Shown: in pieces, positions 36,773 to 50,894 of the stretch
How positions within the stretch are numbered: the stretch's first letter is position 1
Layout: every line of letters begins with the position of its first letter
Source: Squalus acanthias
Taxonomy: Eukaryota
Assembly (NCBI GenBank): GCA_030390025.1
Contig: CM059433.1
Span: 14,448,001 to 14,512,000 of the forward strand
Direction of reading: 5' to 3'
Length of the DNA stretch: 64,000 bases
Notes under the pieces: generated by a model
What the model was told of the DNA's origin: nothing
What the model saw: the letters and a program-made list of their open reading frames with translations, nothing else
The model's database searches: none
Program-made: the position numbers and the translations under genes

Positions 36773-37621
36773 CTTACACTATGCGCATCTTGTAAATCAG
36801 AAGATATTGTGGGATGAGGGGGAAGGAGGGTAACGTACGAGGATACCAGCATCTTGTATCCCTTCAGCCCTCCACTGGCCAAGGGCTCCGTCATGCCCCT
36901 GCCAAAAATGGCTGTCTCCTCCAAGGGGATGAGGTGAAGCTAGGAATGTGAGGTGTGACTCGAGTTTGGTACAGATTGTTGGTAGGTGAGTGATGGCAGA
37001 GGGAGGGGTTTGGCAATGAGCAGTGTGTGAGGCTAGTGATGCAGTTGGTAGGAGACGGCGTTTGAAGATGCATTCACTGACCTTGACCACTGGTCTGAGG
37101 TCATGAAACTCCTTTGGGCACTGGAGCCAGGTCGTGGGGGCAATAATGCTGGCAGTGACGGCCTCGGTGATCTGGTCCCACATCCTTCTTTCTGAAGGGC
37201 ATCCTGGCCCATGTGGGTAGAGGACCTCTCTTCCAGTGTTGACCCCCTGCACAAAGTGCTGCATGCGAGACCCTGGGTGTCCCTTCCCTGGCTTGTTGAG
37301 CCATTTGTTTTAGTGCAGAAGAAATGTTACCACTTTTTTACGTGCAGAAGGCAGTTCATCTTTAAGAACTGAAGTCTGCCATTTTGGAATTACTTTATTT
37401 TTTTTCAGAAGGCAGTTGAGCTCTAAGGGCTAAAGACTGCCTATTTTTAAATAACTTTTATTTATTTCATTTTAGAAGGCAGTTCCCCTTTAAGACCTCG
37501 ACACTGCTTTTTAAAATGACAGGCTAGCTTTAAGATAACGCTGCCTTGCTCCAGGGATGCTTTGGCCATGCTACATTGGGCCTTCTGTTGAGACTACCAC
37601 CCAAATCAGCGTATTACACAA

Positions 37622-38792
37622 TAGGGGAAAAAATTCAGTGTGGCACCCCATTTGGAAGCTACTGGAAGCGCTCCCCCTCCTTCTTGGGGCACTTCCAGTG
37701 AATTTTGCGGCGCTACTTGCAACAGTGCCATGCGCGTTGGACATAGCGGCACGTCATTGCAGGCCTCGCTCCCCTAATTAAAGGAGATGGGCCTAGCGCT
37801 GCATGCACCGGGGCACTGCTGGACTACCGGGGAGTGGGGTGCCGGGGGAAAAAAATCGACACTCAACAGGAGTGTCGGGCTGAGCGATCGCGGCCGGCAC
37901 GCCGAAGAAAAAAAGGGAAGGGGGCAGGTGCTGGCAGTCAGCCCAAAAAAAATGGCTGGCCGACACCTGCCCTTTAAGTAGCGCCACTGCAGCTTCAAAA
38001 ACGCCACCTGATCCTGTCGGACATATCGTCCGGCGATAAGTCAGGGGGCGCAACCCAAGGTTGCGGCTGGGGCGCGAGCGGGGCGTTGCGCACGGCGATT
38101 ATGTCATCACTGGTGGCGCAGTGCCACGGGGTGCTACTGGCTACCGCCACCGCTAACCTCCCGCTGAATTTCGCGGGAGATGTTAGCGGCGCGGCGCCCG
38201 GGCGCTAGGGGCCTTGCGCCCCGTTAGTGCCCCCGGGGGGCGCTAACAGGAGGTGCAAAGCAACCCAATTTTTCCCTTAGGTTTAGCGATCCGATCATTT
38301 AAATCAGCAGGCAGCATCAAAATACCGGTGCTGCCAGTACTCTTTTTGTGGGTGGCTATTAACCTCGGCTCGTGATGGCACCGGCCATTTCCGGGTCTAA
38401 TCGAATTTCTGGGCTGAAATATTCGTCTGCGCAGCGCACTAAATAACATTCCAATATGGCGGGCAGGAAGTTCTCCCTCAAAGGCCCAATCACTTTCCCC
38501 CAGCCAACAATCACCCCCCCCGCCCCTCCCCCCCCCCCCCCCGCCCCTCCCCCCACGCCGGCTAGTGAATCCTCCCACCGGCTAGCAATCTCTCTCCGGC
38601 CACCAATCGCCCTCCCTCCTCCCCGGATGCATCCTTCCTCACTTACCGCAGGACCACAGCTATCGTGGCAGCGGCATGATCTCCAGTGCCTCTCACTCTC
38701 CGCAGCTCGGCCACTTTATGGAAATGATGCCCGAGGCCCAATATCAGGGGTGCCTCGGGCCTCACCATTAAATAAGCTTGAATTTCTAGGCC
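37622..38792. mobile_element. Cluster of Harbinger-type MITE fragments
   Basis: TIR-like ends GGGGAAAAAATTC (about 37624), CAATTTTTCCC (about 38276), GAATTTCTAGGCC (38792). Confidence 0.55.
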
Positions 38793-39093
38793 AATAGAAC
38801 TCTGAATGCTCCTTGACTCTGTCAGGAACATCTTTCAAGTTTCAGCAAAGAGAGCTTGATGATTTTAGTTCTTCATATTTATGAAGGGCGTTTTCAAGAT
38901 GATGGTGGAGATGGCACTGTGAACTTCTGCTTTGACTATTATTAGCAGCGAGTGAGTCATATAATCTTACACACTCACATAAATTCCACATTCAATATAT
39001 GTGAAATAACCAAAGTTTACAGGCCTTATATCCATTGAATTTGCCTAAAACTAATAAAACATTATTGCTATTGTTTTAATGCTCAATGCTTAC

Positions 39094-39165
39094 ATTGAGA
39101 TAACAGCGATGGGTTAGATGTGCAGTTAAAAGGATAGACGAGATTTCACAAGGAGGGCCATGCAT
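39094..39165 (-). CDS. Candidate internal exon (72 nt)
   Basis: tcttcttttacaaatacag / aat-gtaagc; single open frame MHGPPCEISSILLTAHLTHRCYLN. Confidence 0.3.
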
Positions 39166-39475
39166 CTGTATTTGTAAAAGAAGATAGAACTGAAAGTGTG
39201 AGGGGAGGATATTAGCCAGCAACAACAACAACTTGTATTTATACAGCGCCTTTTAACGTAGTAAAACATCCCAAGGTGCTTCACAGGAGCATTATAAAGC
39301 AAAATGTGACATCGAGCCACATAAGGAGATATTAGGACTGGTGGACATTATGTGAACACTTTAGAACAGTGGCAGGATAATGTAACATTGTTATCAATCT
39401 CTCACCATTTAAAGAATATTCTGCTTTTCTATTTTTCCTACCAAAGTGGATAACTTCATATTTCTGCACATTATC

Positions 39476-41165
39476 ATAGAATAGTTACAGCACAGAAAGA
39501 GCCCATTCGACCTGTCGAGCCCTTGCCAGCTCTCAGCAAGAGCACTTCAGCTAGTCCCACTCCCCCGCCCTTTCCCCATAGACCTGCAATTTGTTTCCTT
39601 CAGGTACTTATCCAATTCCCTTTTGAAAGCCACGATTTAATCTGCCTCCACCACCCTTTCAGACAGTGAATTTCAGATCCTAGCCACTCGCTGCGTAAAA
39701 AAGTTTTTCCTCTTGTCGCCTTTGGCTCTTCTGCCAATCACCTTAAACCTGTGTCCTCTGGTTCTCGACCCTTCCGCCAATGGCAACAGTTTCTCTCTAT
39801 CTACTCTGTCTAGACCCCTCATGATTTTGAACACCTCTATCAAATCTCCACTCAACCTTCTCTGCTCTAAGAAGAACAACCCCAACTTCTCCAGTCTATC
39901 CACGTAACTGAAGTCCCTCATCCCTGGAATCATTCTTGTAAATCTTTTCTGCACCCTCTCTAAGGCCTTCACATCCTTCCTAAAGTGCGGTGCCCAGAAT
40001 TGGACACAATACTCCAGTTGAGGCCGAACAAGTGTTTTATACAGGTTCATCATAACTTCCTTGCTTTTGTACTCTATGCCTCTATTTATGAAGCCCAGGA
40101 TCCTGTATGCTTTTTTAACTACTTTCTCAACCTGCCCTGCCACCTTCAACGATTTGTGTACATAAAACCCCAGGTCTCTCTGTTCATGCACCCCCTTTAG
40201 AGTTGTACCCTTTAGTTTATATTGCCTCTCCTCGTTCTTCCTACCAAAATGTATCACTTCGTACTTCTCTGCATTAAATTTCATCTGCCACGTGTCTGCC
40301 CATTCCACCAGCCTATCTATGTCTTCTTGAAGTCTATCACTATCCTCCTCACTGTTGACTATACTTCTAAGTTTTGTGTCATCTGCAAATTTTGAAATTG
40401 TGCCCTGTACACCCAAGTCTAAGTCATTAATATATATCAAGAAAAGCAGTGGTCCTAGTACCAACCCCTGGGGAACACCACTGTATACCTTCCTCCAGTC
40501 TGAAAAACAACCGTTCACCACTATTCTCTGTTTCCTGACACTTAGCCAATTTTGTATCCATGCTGCCACTGTCCCTTTTATTCCATGGGCTTCAACTTTG
40601 CTGGCAAGCCTATTATGTGGCACTTTATCAAATGCCTTTTGGAAGTCCATGTACATCACATTAACCGTATTGTCCTCATCAACCCTCTCTGTTACCTCAT
40701 CAAAAAACTCAATCAAATTAGTTTAAGACAATTTGCCTTTAACAAATCCGTGCTGGCTTTCCTTAATTAATCCATACTTGTCCAAGTGACTGTTAATTTT
40801 GTCCCGGATTATTGTTTCTAAATGCTTCCCCACTACCGAGGTTAAACTGACTGGCCTGTAGTTGCTGGGTTTATCCTTACACCCTTTTTGAACAAGGGTG
40901 TAACATTTGCAATTCTCTAGTCCTCTGGCACCAGCCCCGTATCCAAGGAGGATTGGAAGATTATGGCCAGTACCTCCGCAATTTCCATCTTTACTTCCCT
41001 CAGCATCCTAGGTGACTTATCTACTTTAAGTACAACCAACCTTTCTAGTACCTCCTCCTCATCAATTTTTATCCAATCCAGTATTTCAACTACCTCCTCT
41101 TTCACTATGACTTTGGCAGCATCTTCTTCCTTGGTAAAGACAGATGCAAAGTACTCATTTAGTAC
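39476..41165 (-). mobile_element. CR1 LINE insertion (RT region, 347-aa ORF 39673-40716)
   Basis: MDFQKAFDKVPH...GVPQG...FADDTK...FFTQRV; own 3' tail near 39476. Confidence 0.9.
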
Positions 41166-42157
41166 TTTATATTCCATCTGCCACATTCTTGCCCACTCAC
41201 TTAACCTGTCTATATCCCTTTGCTGTCTCTTTCCGTCCTCCTCACAACTTACTTTCCCACCTAACTTTGTATCGTCAGCAAACTTGGATACATTACACTT
41301 GGTCCCCTCATCTAAGTCATTGATATAGATTGTAAATAGCTGAGGCCCCAACACGGATCCTTGTGGTACCTCACAGCTTCCCAACCTGAAAATGACCTGT
41401 TTATTCCTACTCTCTGTTTTCTGTCCATTAACCAATCCTCAATCCATGCTAATATATTACCCCCAATTTCATAAGCCCTAATTTTGTGTAATAACCTCTT
41501 GTATGGCACTTTATCAAATGCTTTTTGAAAATCCAAATACACCACATCCACTGGTTCCCCCTTATCTACCCTGCTAGTTACAACCTCAAAAAACTCTAAC
41601 AGATTTGTCAAACATGATTTCTCTTTCATAAATCCCTGTTAACTTTGCCCAATCATATTATGAATTTCTAAGTGCCCTGTTACCACGTCCCTAATAATAG
41701 ATTCTAGCATTTTCCTGATGACTGATATCAGGCTAACTGGCCTAGAGTTCACTATTTTCTGTCTTCCTCCTTTCTTGAATGCTAACTTCCAATTCGCAGG
41801 GACTGTTCTAAAATCCAGGGAATTTTGTAATATCAAAACCAATGCATCCACTATCTCTGTGGCCACCTCTTTCAAAACCCTAGGATGTAGGCCATCAGGT
41901 CCAGGGGATTTTTTGGCTTTTAGTCCCAGTAATTTCTCCAGTACTATGTCTTTACCAATACTAACTTCTTTAAGTTCCTCATTCTCACTGGACCCTTGGT
42001 TCCCCACTATTTTCGGAATGTTTTTTGCATCTTCTTCCGTGAAGACAGATACAAAGTATTTGTTTAATATCTCTACCATTTTCTTATTCCCCATTATAAT
42101 TTCTCCTGTCTCTGCCTGTAAGGGACCAACGATTACTTTTCCCATGGGGTTTATATT

Positions 42158-42715
42158 CATAGAAACATAGAAGATAGGAGCAGGAAAGGCCATTCGGCCC
42201 CTCAAGCCTGCTCCGCCATTCGATGAGATCATGGCTGATCATCCAAACTCAGTACCCTGTACCTGCCTTCTCCCCATATCCCTTGATACCTTTAGCTTTA
42301 AGAAATATATCTAACTCATTCTTAAATATATTTAATGACTTGGCCTCAACTACCTTCTGTGGTAGAGAATTCCACAGGTTAACCACTCTCTGGGTGAAGA
42401 AATTCTTCCTCATTTCTGTCCTAAATGGCTTACCCCTTATCCTTAGATTATGACCCCTGGTTCTGGACTCTCCGACCATCGGGAACATTCTTCCTGCATC
42501 TAGTTTGTCCAGACCTGTCAGAATTTTATATGTTTCGATGAGATCCCCTCTCATTCTTCTATACTCTAGCGAGTATAAGCCCAATCGACCCAATCTCTCC
42601 TCATATGTCATTCCTGCCATCCCAGGTATCAGCCTTGTGAATCTTCGCTGAACTCCTTCCATGGCAAGAACATCCTTCATCAGATAAGGCAACCAAAACT
42701 GCACACAATACTTAA
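42158..42715 (-). mobile_element. CR1 3' fragment insertion
   Basis: ORF 42249-42704 and 3' UTR hairpin plus tail. Confidence 0.88.
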
Positions 42716-44762
42716 GTACTTAAGTCCTTAAGGGAATGTATATTCATTGCAAATTATGAATTATTTCTTTAAATGTTTGCCATGGCTTATCTATCATCAT
42801 ATCATTTAATATAGTTTCCCAATCTATCTTAACCAACTCACCCCTCATACCTACGTAGATCGCTTTGTTCAGATTTAAGACTCTAGTTTCTGAATTAACT
42901 AAATCTCTCATAATATAAAATTCTATCAAATTGTGATCACTCTTCCCTGAGACTTCTTTAATACATAGTTATTAATTAACCCTGTCTCATTGCACAATAC
43001 TGGATCGAAAATAGCCTGTTGACTATTTGGTTACTCAACATATTGATCTAGAAAACTATCTTGAATGCTTTCCATTAACTCATCCTCCACACTGTTACTG
43101 CAAATTTGGTTTATCCAGTCGATATGAAGATTAAAGTCCCCCATGATAACTGTATTACCCCTGTTACATGCACCTCTAATTTCCTGATTTATACTCTTCC
43201 CAATGCTACAACTACTGCTATGGGGCCTATAAACTACTCCCACCGGTGTTTTCTGCCCCTTGTTGTTTCTTAGCTCCACCCAAACTGATTTTGCATCTTG
43301 ATTTTCTGAGCTAAGATCCTTTCTCTTTACTGTCTTTATCTCATCCTTTATTATCAGGGCTACCCCTCCCCATCCCCTTCCCCAGCTTTTCCATTTTTCC
43401 TATTGCTTCTAGAAGTCAAGTATCGTGGAATATTTAGTTCCCAACCTTGATCACTCTGAAACCACGTCTCTGTAATAGCTATTAGATCAAACCCATTTAT
43501 TTCTATCTGTGCTATTAATTCATCTATTTTGTTGTGAATGTTTCATGCATTCAGATATAGTTTCTTTAGCTTTAACTTTTTTCTATTTTTCCCTGTTGTC
43601 ACCTCAGTCACTAATGCCCTATTACCTTTTTTAAGCTCTCTGTCACTTCCTGACCCACTCTGCTTAATTTTACCCAAATCGCTGCTCTGTTCTGCAGCCT
43701 TGAGATTTCTTCTACTGCTTTTGAATTTACCCTTTCCTGAATCCTCCCACCCTCCCCCGTTCATTAGTTTAAAGCCCTATCTACAGACCTAGTTATTCAA
43801 TTTGCCAGGACACTGGTCCCAGCCCGGATTAAGTGGAGCCCCTCTCAATGGAACAGCTCCCCCTTTCCCCTGTACTGGTGCCAGTGTCTCATGAATTGAA
43901 ACCCCTGCCTCTCACACCACTCTTGCAGCCATGCATTTAACCTTCTAATCTATCTGCCCCTATGCCAATTTGCACGTGACTCATGTAACAATCTGGAGAT
44001 TATTATCGGTGAGGTTCTGTATTTTAATTTTGACTCTAGCTCCTCAAACTCTCTCAACAGTACTTCGTTCCTTTACCTATGATGTTGGTTCCTACGTGGA
44101 CCACGACAACTGGATCCTCCCCCTCCCACTCCAAGTTCTTCTCCAGCCGCGAGGAGATGTCTTTACCCCTGGCACCGAGCAGGCAACACAACCTTCAGAA
44201 CTCCCAGTCGCGGCTGCAGAGAACAGTATCTATCCCCATGACTATATTGTCCCCTACCACGACCACATTCCTTTTCAATTCCTCCACTTGAATGGCCCTT
44301 TGTACCATGGTGCCGTGATCAGTTTGCTCATCCACCCTGCAGACTTTGGCTTATCCATACAGGCAACAAGAACTTTGCATCTATTGGACAAGGGCAAAGG
44401 CCGAGGCTCTTTCAACACTGCACCTGGGGTCCCCTTACCTGCCAGACTCGCAGTCACACCCTCCTGTCCCTGACCACTAACCAGACCTGTAGCACTACCG
44501 AACCTAAGGGGTTTGACTGCCTCCTGGATCAAAGTATCCAGGTAACTCTCCCCATCCCTGATGCCCCGTAATGTCTGCACCTCAGTCTCCAGCTCAACAA
44601 CTCTGAACTGAAGTTCCTTGAGATGCAGGCACTTACTGCAGATGTGGTTGTCTGGGATCGCGATGCTCTCCACAAACTCCCACATGCCGCAGATGAGGCA
44701 CACCTCCTGCACTGCCATCCCGATCTAACCTTGTTTTATTTATTTAATTAATTAAAGTTTAT

Positions 44763-45653
44763 GGGGGGAAAATTCAGTCGCGCCCCGTTTGGGGCGCAAA
44801 TATCGTCCGGGCGCAAAAATTAGCGCCTGCTGCTAATTATCGCCACTGACTGGAAACTTCACTTTTATCGACCCCTGAGGTGATTGGAGCGCTAAATCAG
44901 GCGCTTCACACCTGTCTTAAGGCGCAAAGGCCGAGGAGCGAGGCGCTAACTCAGAGCGCTGGCGAAGCTCATGTGATGTTAGTCAGCAATGGAACACACA
45001 CTCAATGGCACCGGCCGGTTCTTAAAGGGGATGGTTGATCTTGCTTTCCATCCACATCCTGCTCATTGCAGCCTTGAATCCCGGCCTGGAGAGACCTGCA
45101 CATCAAATCTGCTGGAAAGAACAATGGAGAGTACCAGGGAAAGAGCTCAGAGTGCAGCCCCAACAGTCTCTTCTAAATCGATACAAGGAATGGCAAATCA
45201 AAATGAACCTGGAAAGTGCTGCTCAGTACCCAAAACTCCTTCACACAACGTTGAATCTCTCCAGATGTCTCTCTCTCTCTCTCAGAATGCGTAGTTCAAA
45301 AATGGCACCAACAATAAAAGGCAGGAAGCGGTCACCTTTAAATAGCGCTCCCCCAGTCCCTTCATGACTGTAGAATGCTCCCCTCAACCTGTCGTTGCTA
45401 GCGTCAGGCGGTAAGGCAGGGGGCGCCACTCAATATCCGCTCCGGGGTGATATCGGGGCGTTGCACACTCGACTGACGTCACGATCTGCCGGCGCAGGAG
45501 ATCGTGGCGGTAGTGTTTAGCGCCGCCGCAAAATGTCTAGTTAAGTTCGCGAGCGGCGCAAACATCGCTGCGCCCGGGCACTAGCTGCTTTGCGCCCCAT
45601 TAGCGCCCTCTTAAGGCGCTAACAGGAGGCGCAACCAACTGAATTTTCCCCCC
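44763..45653. mobile_element. Harbinger-type MITE
   Basis: Perfect TIR GGGGGGAAAATTCAGT / ACTGAATTTTCCCCCC, TSD TAT. Confidence 0.9.
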
Positions 45654-45909
45654 TATGTATTTAATCAACTTAGCTTATATTTTTTAGTTTTTTAACTAAT
45701 TACTTGATCTAGTTTAAGTTATAGTTATGGACAACTAAAGTACGTAACACAAATGCTAAAAAGACTTTAGAAATGGAAAAAAAGATAGTGGTCAGTTATG
45801 TAAGGTATGGTAAGGCATTTTTCAGTTATGTTAAAAGTCAAAAAACAAATATAAATTACATTGGTCCCATGAAGGATTTCGCAGGCATGAGGATGAAGAA
45901 ACAGCTATT

Positions 45910-46666
45910 GGGCCAAAAATTCGGCCCTTCCCGCGTGAGTACACACTCACCCGTAAGACGTCCCGAAGTGCCGGTTTCCTGCATGCACTGCGCATGCGCG
46001 GGAAACCGGAACTTCCGGTCTGGTGAAGGGAGTGGTTCAGAGGTGAACCGCGTGCGCGGTAGAGGCTGCGCGCACACAGCACACTTAGATTTTTTTTCAG
46101 GTTTCTACGTGAGAGTAAGTATTGAAGAAACTACGCTATTAAAAAGGAGGTGCAAGACCCGTTTTCAACAAGGTAAGTAGTTAATTAAGTATAATTTAAA
46201 AAAAATTTCAACAGGTTTATCTTTTTTAGATACTTTAAAGAAAGGTAAGTTTATTTTTAATCACTTTTAAAAAGTATTTTAATTTTTTCAAAAATTTAAA
46301 TTTTTCTTTAAAGTGGTTAATTTATTTAACTATAGTTATTTTATAAATGTGATGGTTTTTTTTAAATTAATTTTAACTTTAGCTGTTCTTTTGGGGCCGA
46401 TTTCAATTCACAGATTTGACAGGTCTCTTGTCAAATCTATGAATGAAAGATGGTCTGCTGCCATTGGCTCTCCATGGCTCACGTGATCCCAGGGGACGCA
46501 TCGCACTAACTGCGCCCCTGGAACACGCAAGTACTGCGCGCCGGCAGTTGGGAGAGGCCCAGGACCTGAAGTTCCCGTGGGCCCAAAACACAATGGCAGA
46601 CGTGGTAGGTAAGAGCGCGCGCAATCCTTACCCCCGCGGCAAGCCGGAGAGGCGAATTTCTGGGCC
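45910..46666 (+). mobile_element. Harbinger-type MITE with AT-rich centre
   Basis: GGGCCAAAAATTCG...CGAATTTCTGGGCC. Confidence 0.8.
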
Positions 46667-46971
46667 AATAGTTAAACAGATACTTTACCTCAGTTTTCTC
46701 TTTTGAAGATGACACCATAGCCCCTGTAGCGTGGTACTGTTGCAGGTAGCGTCGCAAAATTCATTGGTAGTGCCCCAGGAAGGAGGGGGAGCGCTTTCCA
46801 GTAGCGCCCTACCTCCTGCTTGGGGCGCTACTACTGAATTTACGGCGCTGGGGTGCTAACTTTTTTGGTGCGCTAAAAATAGCGCCTCAGTGATGTTAGT
46901 GCCCCAAAGGGGGCGCCACCAAAATTTTCCCCCTTAGAATTTATTGCTAGGATCATTGCAAACAAAACAAA

Positions 46972-47190
46972 AAGAAAGAAAGGCTTGCATTTATATAGCG
47001 CCTTTCATGACCACCGGACATCCCAAAGTGCTTTACAAGCAATGAAGTACCATTTGAAATGTAGTCACCATTGTAATGTAGGAAACATGGCAGCCAATTT
47101 GCGCACAGCAAGCACCCACAAACAGGAATATGATAATGACCAGATAATCTGTTATAATGATGTTGATTGAGGGATAAATATTGGCCAGGA
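46972..47190 (-). mobile_element. Deu-type SINE 3' half
   Basis: Matches SINE tail and body. Confidence 0.8.
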
Positions 47191-47194
47191 CAAA

Positions 47195-47650
47195 GAGCAT
47201 TATACTTATGCTATATAAGGCTCTGATAAATTCACACTTGGGGTATCGTGTCCAGTTATGGTAATCCGCACCTGGCTAAGAATATTGAAGCTCTGGAGAA
47301 GGTGCAGAGCGGGACAACCAGGATAATACCTCGCCTTAACTATCAGGGTAGGCTCTGAGTTATGTCTATTTACTTTAGAGAAATGCAGGCTTAGACAGGA
47401 TATGATTGCAGTTTTTAAAATGATGAAGGGATTGAATTCAGCCTGGACAGATACATTATTTGAGATGGATAGGTAGGATTAGAGAGTATATGTGTAAAAT
47501 CCTTAGGCAAAGAGTTAAGTTAGATGCTAGGAAGCATTTCATTTTACTGAGAGCACATCTTCTGGTACAGACTACTGGTGAGTATGAATTACTTTAAAAG
47601 GGAACCTGATAAGTTTCTGAAAGAAGAGGACATTTCCAATTATAGAAGGT
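47195..47650 (+). mobile_element. Old CR1 3' remnant
   Basis: Degenerate LYKALI..HLGY.VQLW and LEKVQ motifs. Confidence 0.55.
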
Positions 47651-47989
47651 AAATTGCTAGATTGCTGAGATTATGTGCTGTCATAATCTGCTAGATCCTT
47701 GCTTCATTAATATAGGGAGTGGAAGAGGAACTTCCCAGAATTTTCCTTGAATTGGCCAAAGATTTTTTCCTTTTTTTCCACTCTCCTAAGAGATAGCATG
47801 GTTGGCTGGATTTGTGGGGGGGGGGGGGGAAGAGGGGGGAAGGAGTGTGGGGTCTTGCACCATTTCTTTTTGATGCGGCTGATGGTCTTTTCCATGCTTT
47901 ATTTTTGTATGATTTGAACACTTGGGCTAAAGTCGCAGATATTGAAAACAGTGCAGAGAATGGGTGGGGAGTACATGATGAGAGCTGAC

Positions 47990-49763
47990 GGCCAGAATTT
48001 TTTCGGGAGGTCAGGGGGTGCATTTGGTGGCGGGTCAGCTGGGAAATTTTTTTTTTGACAGCGGGTAGGGAAGCCGCTGTCAACCAGCCTCCACATTCAT
48101 CTCCCAGATGTCGGGTCTGTCATCACTGAACAGACCCAACACCAAGCGGCGGGGGAGGCAATTTAGATCATTAGCTGGATTGTTAAGAGGCAAATAAGTA
48201 GTATTTTAAACTTACCTTTAGATTTTTTAGAGTTTTCCAATGGCTTCCCCGCTGCTCAGGGATCACGTCAGGTAAGGAGGTCGGGAGTTGTGTCAGCATG
48301 GGATGATTTCTTCACTTGACAGCTGCAAATGGTCTATAAAAGCTCCCATTTCATCGGTGTTCACTTTCCAAGGTTAGAAGCTGTTACTGCATTTAGAAGA
48401 CAGATTGAGCTTTATGCAGCTAGTAAGTGTTTGGAGCAAACTCTCTATCCAGTTTCACCTCATTGGAACAACCTCTCACCATTGACAGATCGCTTCTGTC
48501 ATCTCAACCTCACCTGCCATCTATTCCATCAGCATCAGTGCCCTTGAAAAAAATCTCACCTTGGTCCTCAGAATCCCACCACGATCAGCACCAACAACAG
48601 CAGCACCAGGCACACCAGCATCACCAACAACAACACCAACCTTCTCCGCAATCAACTGATGCTGCACAGGACACAGGGCATCAGCACTCGATCACATTGC
48701 TGCCCAAGACGGCAGGGATGGCCTCGCCATGGCCACATTTACTTCACTTGATGTTGTACACCCTGGCTGCCACATGATGCGCCAGGTTGGCACCACCCCA
48801 CACCAACACCATAAAGCTTCCCTACAATGCCCAAGCCATTCCTTTTACACTCGTCGCTATTGTGGGGGGTACCGTTATGTCTCACCATTCACTGCAACTC
48901 ACTGAGCCACTTCCAAAGGTGCACACAAATTTGTCCAAGAAGGCAAAGTGTGGAAAATAAAGATTTCAATGTTTGACAGCACATTAACAGAAACTTTACA
49001 TGAACATTGGATAAGACACCCAAGTGCCTACCCTTGTGTGTTGTTAGTTGATATGATTGGGCTAGGATGAAGGTGAGTGTGAGGGGTGGCTAGTGAGATG
49101 GGGAAGTGATAATGTAGATAGAGAGGGATGAGTGGAAGTGTAAGGTAAGTTGGTGTGAGTAAAGATGTGCAGGTGTAGGGTAGGGAAGGCAGAGTGATGG
49201 GGATGTGATGGGTGGCACAGCAGGATGAGGTTGAGTGTGGCTTTGCAGTAACATTTTGTGATCTACTGAGATCATTGAAAGGTTTGCACCACTGCAGCCT
49301 GGTCCTCCTGACGACATCCCTGTTTGTGTCCTCCTCTGCAATGTGCAACCAGGCTGCGTTGATCTCCTGGGGAGGTCTCTTCCGCCCATTGGAAGGGAAG
49401 AGAACCTCCCTACGCGCTGTGACTCTCTCCAAAAACATATGGAGGGAGTCATGGAAGAGCCTGGGTGCAGCCGTGCACCTCTGTGCAGTGCTTGGCAGTG
49501 TCTACAGCACTGAGGTGCTGTAGAACACTGACAGCAGGACTGTCAAAATCAATTTGCAAATGGTCCCTTTAAGGAAACCGGCTGATGACGCGTGATCAAG
49601 TGATGTCATCAGACCCGCTTCCTTCAATTGGCTGGCAAACATGCTGGGCAGGCTTAATTAGCCCAATCAGCGTAAAATTCTTTTCACAGAGTGGGATGGA
49701 GCCAGCAGCGGGGTCGCACCCACCACCGATCCCGGCCCTACCTTGGTAGGCGAAATCGCGGCC
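47990..49763 (-). mobile_element. Harbinger deletion derivative (same family as 2332-4644)
   Basis: Reverse-complement homology; Myb remnant ORF 49028-49438; termini GGCCAGAATTT...AAATCGCGGCC. Confidence 0.85.
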
Positions 49764-50894
49764 AATGACTTTGGAATGAAGCAGTCCAAAGTGCTCAAAA
49801 GTAGATCTAAACATATTGCTTGAGAATCGACAGATAGGAAGGTAAATATTTCTCCCCCAGCCCCCACTGCTAGTCTCCCGTCCAGCCTCAGAATTTCTGG
49901 GATTTCCTACCCCACACCATTTACTTCTCTGGCCTACAGCTTTGCCTCTGGCCTCAGTGAGTGGGACCTTCTGGCAGTAGTCAAAAAGCCCCGATTCAAT
50001 CTGTAGATCCTGGGGGTGAGGATGGGGCGTGGAAACATTTAGGTATTGCCCCAATCATTTTGTCAGCAGCCAGTGGGTTGATGTCTGGGGGCGGGCCACA
50101 GTGCCATGTTCTTTGGGTGCCCCTGCCCTGGGGCACTCAGCCATAAACCAAACCAGAACTGAAGCGGGAGTCTGGGAATGCCCCCTTGCCACATTAGTTA
50201 AGTACCTCAGTCAGACCTTCACCTACTGCGGGTGCAGGCCATGTGCGCCCCCATGGAAGCCTCAGAAATCTCAGGACTATGTAAAAGCATCAAAGACCTT
50301 TTTACACAGCCCTGAGATTCTACCTTGATTCTGACTTTTGCGCTTGGGGAACTGGGTATTCTAGAAGGACAACAGTCAGGAAATTCCATCCTCGGCGCTG
50401 TAACGTTATGTCTTAGGATGAGGCAGAGTGTTCATGAACAGAATTATGCAGCTAAAGAAGTGGTTGGCTAGTTGATGCCGGTAAAATGATCTTTGGTTTA
50501 CCTCCAAAACAGCTATCTATAAACCTAAGCTGAGTCTTGAGAAATGGGCTCCATCGCAAATAAGCTGGACCAGAGAGAATAACTCTGAAATAGAGGTAGG
50601 AATTGATATTCATTTAAAGCGGATGTAGAGGAGGGCCCAGGACTTTAAATATAGACAAGCAAAGCTTGACAGGTGGTAAATAGAAAGGTAATAACAACAA
50701 TGCAGAAAATAAATATAATTAAAGTGAAACACAACCACAAAAGGGATTCATTAATCTAAATAAAAAGTAACAATCATAATTAATTACCTACATTTGAATG
50801 CAAGAAACGTTGAGAATAAATGTTAGAGACCTATGTAGCCGCAGGAAATTATAGGGTATACAGGCACATGAATATAGGAAAATATCAATACATA

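Larger units (their letters stand above)
34349..37320. mobile_element. Degraded Harbinger derivative with Myb/SANT remnant on minus (about 36800-37304)
   Basis: Starts GGCCTGAGAAATTC; minus MAQQAREGTPRVSHAAL / REVLYP...MWDQITEAV...TWLQCPKEFHDL; right boundary uncertain. Confidence 0.6.
39390..44750 (-). mobile_element. Near full-length decayed CR1 LINE (ORF1 plus ORF2) hosting two further CR1 insertions
   Basis: ORF1 44718 to about 43760 (CLICGMWE...CSKC, heptad leucines, esterase motifs); endonuclease from about 43565 (LYLNA, IAITETW, VIMGDFN); RT 41163-42140 (YLDFQKAFDKV, FADDTK); resumes at 39475. Confidence 0.85.

Noticed and set aside
31793..38797. Gly- or Pro-rich ORFs (e.g. 31793-32143, 38243-38797)
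   Set aside because: Spurious frames over GC-rich MITE interiors and homopolymer runs.
39094..39165. Resemblance of LTHRCYLN to the dynein heavy chain motif LTDRCYLT
   Set aside because: Match too short and neighbouring candidates show no dynein motifs; no gene name assigned.
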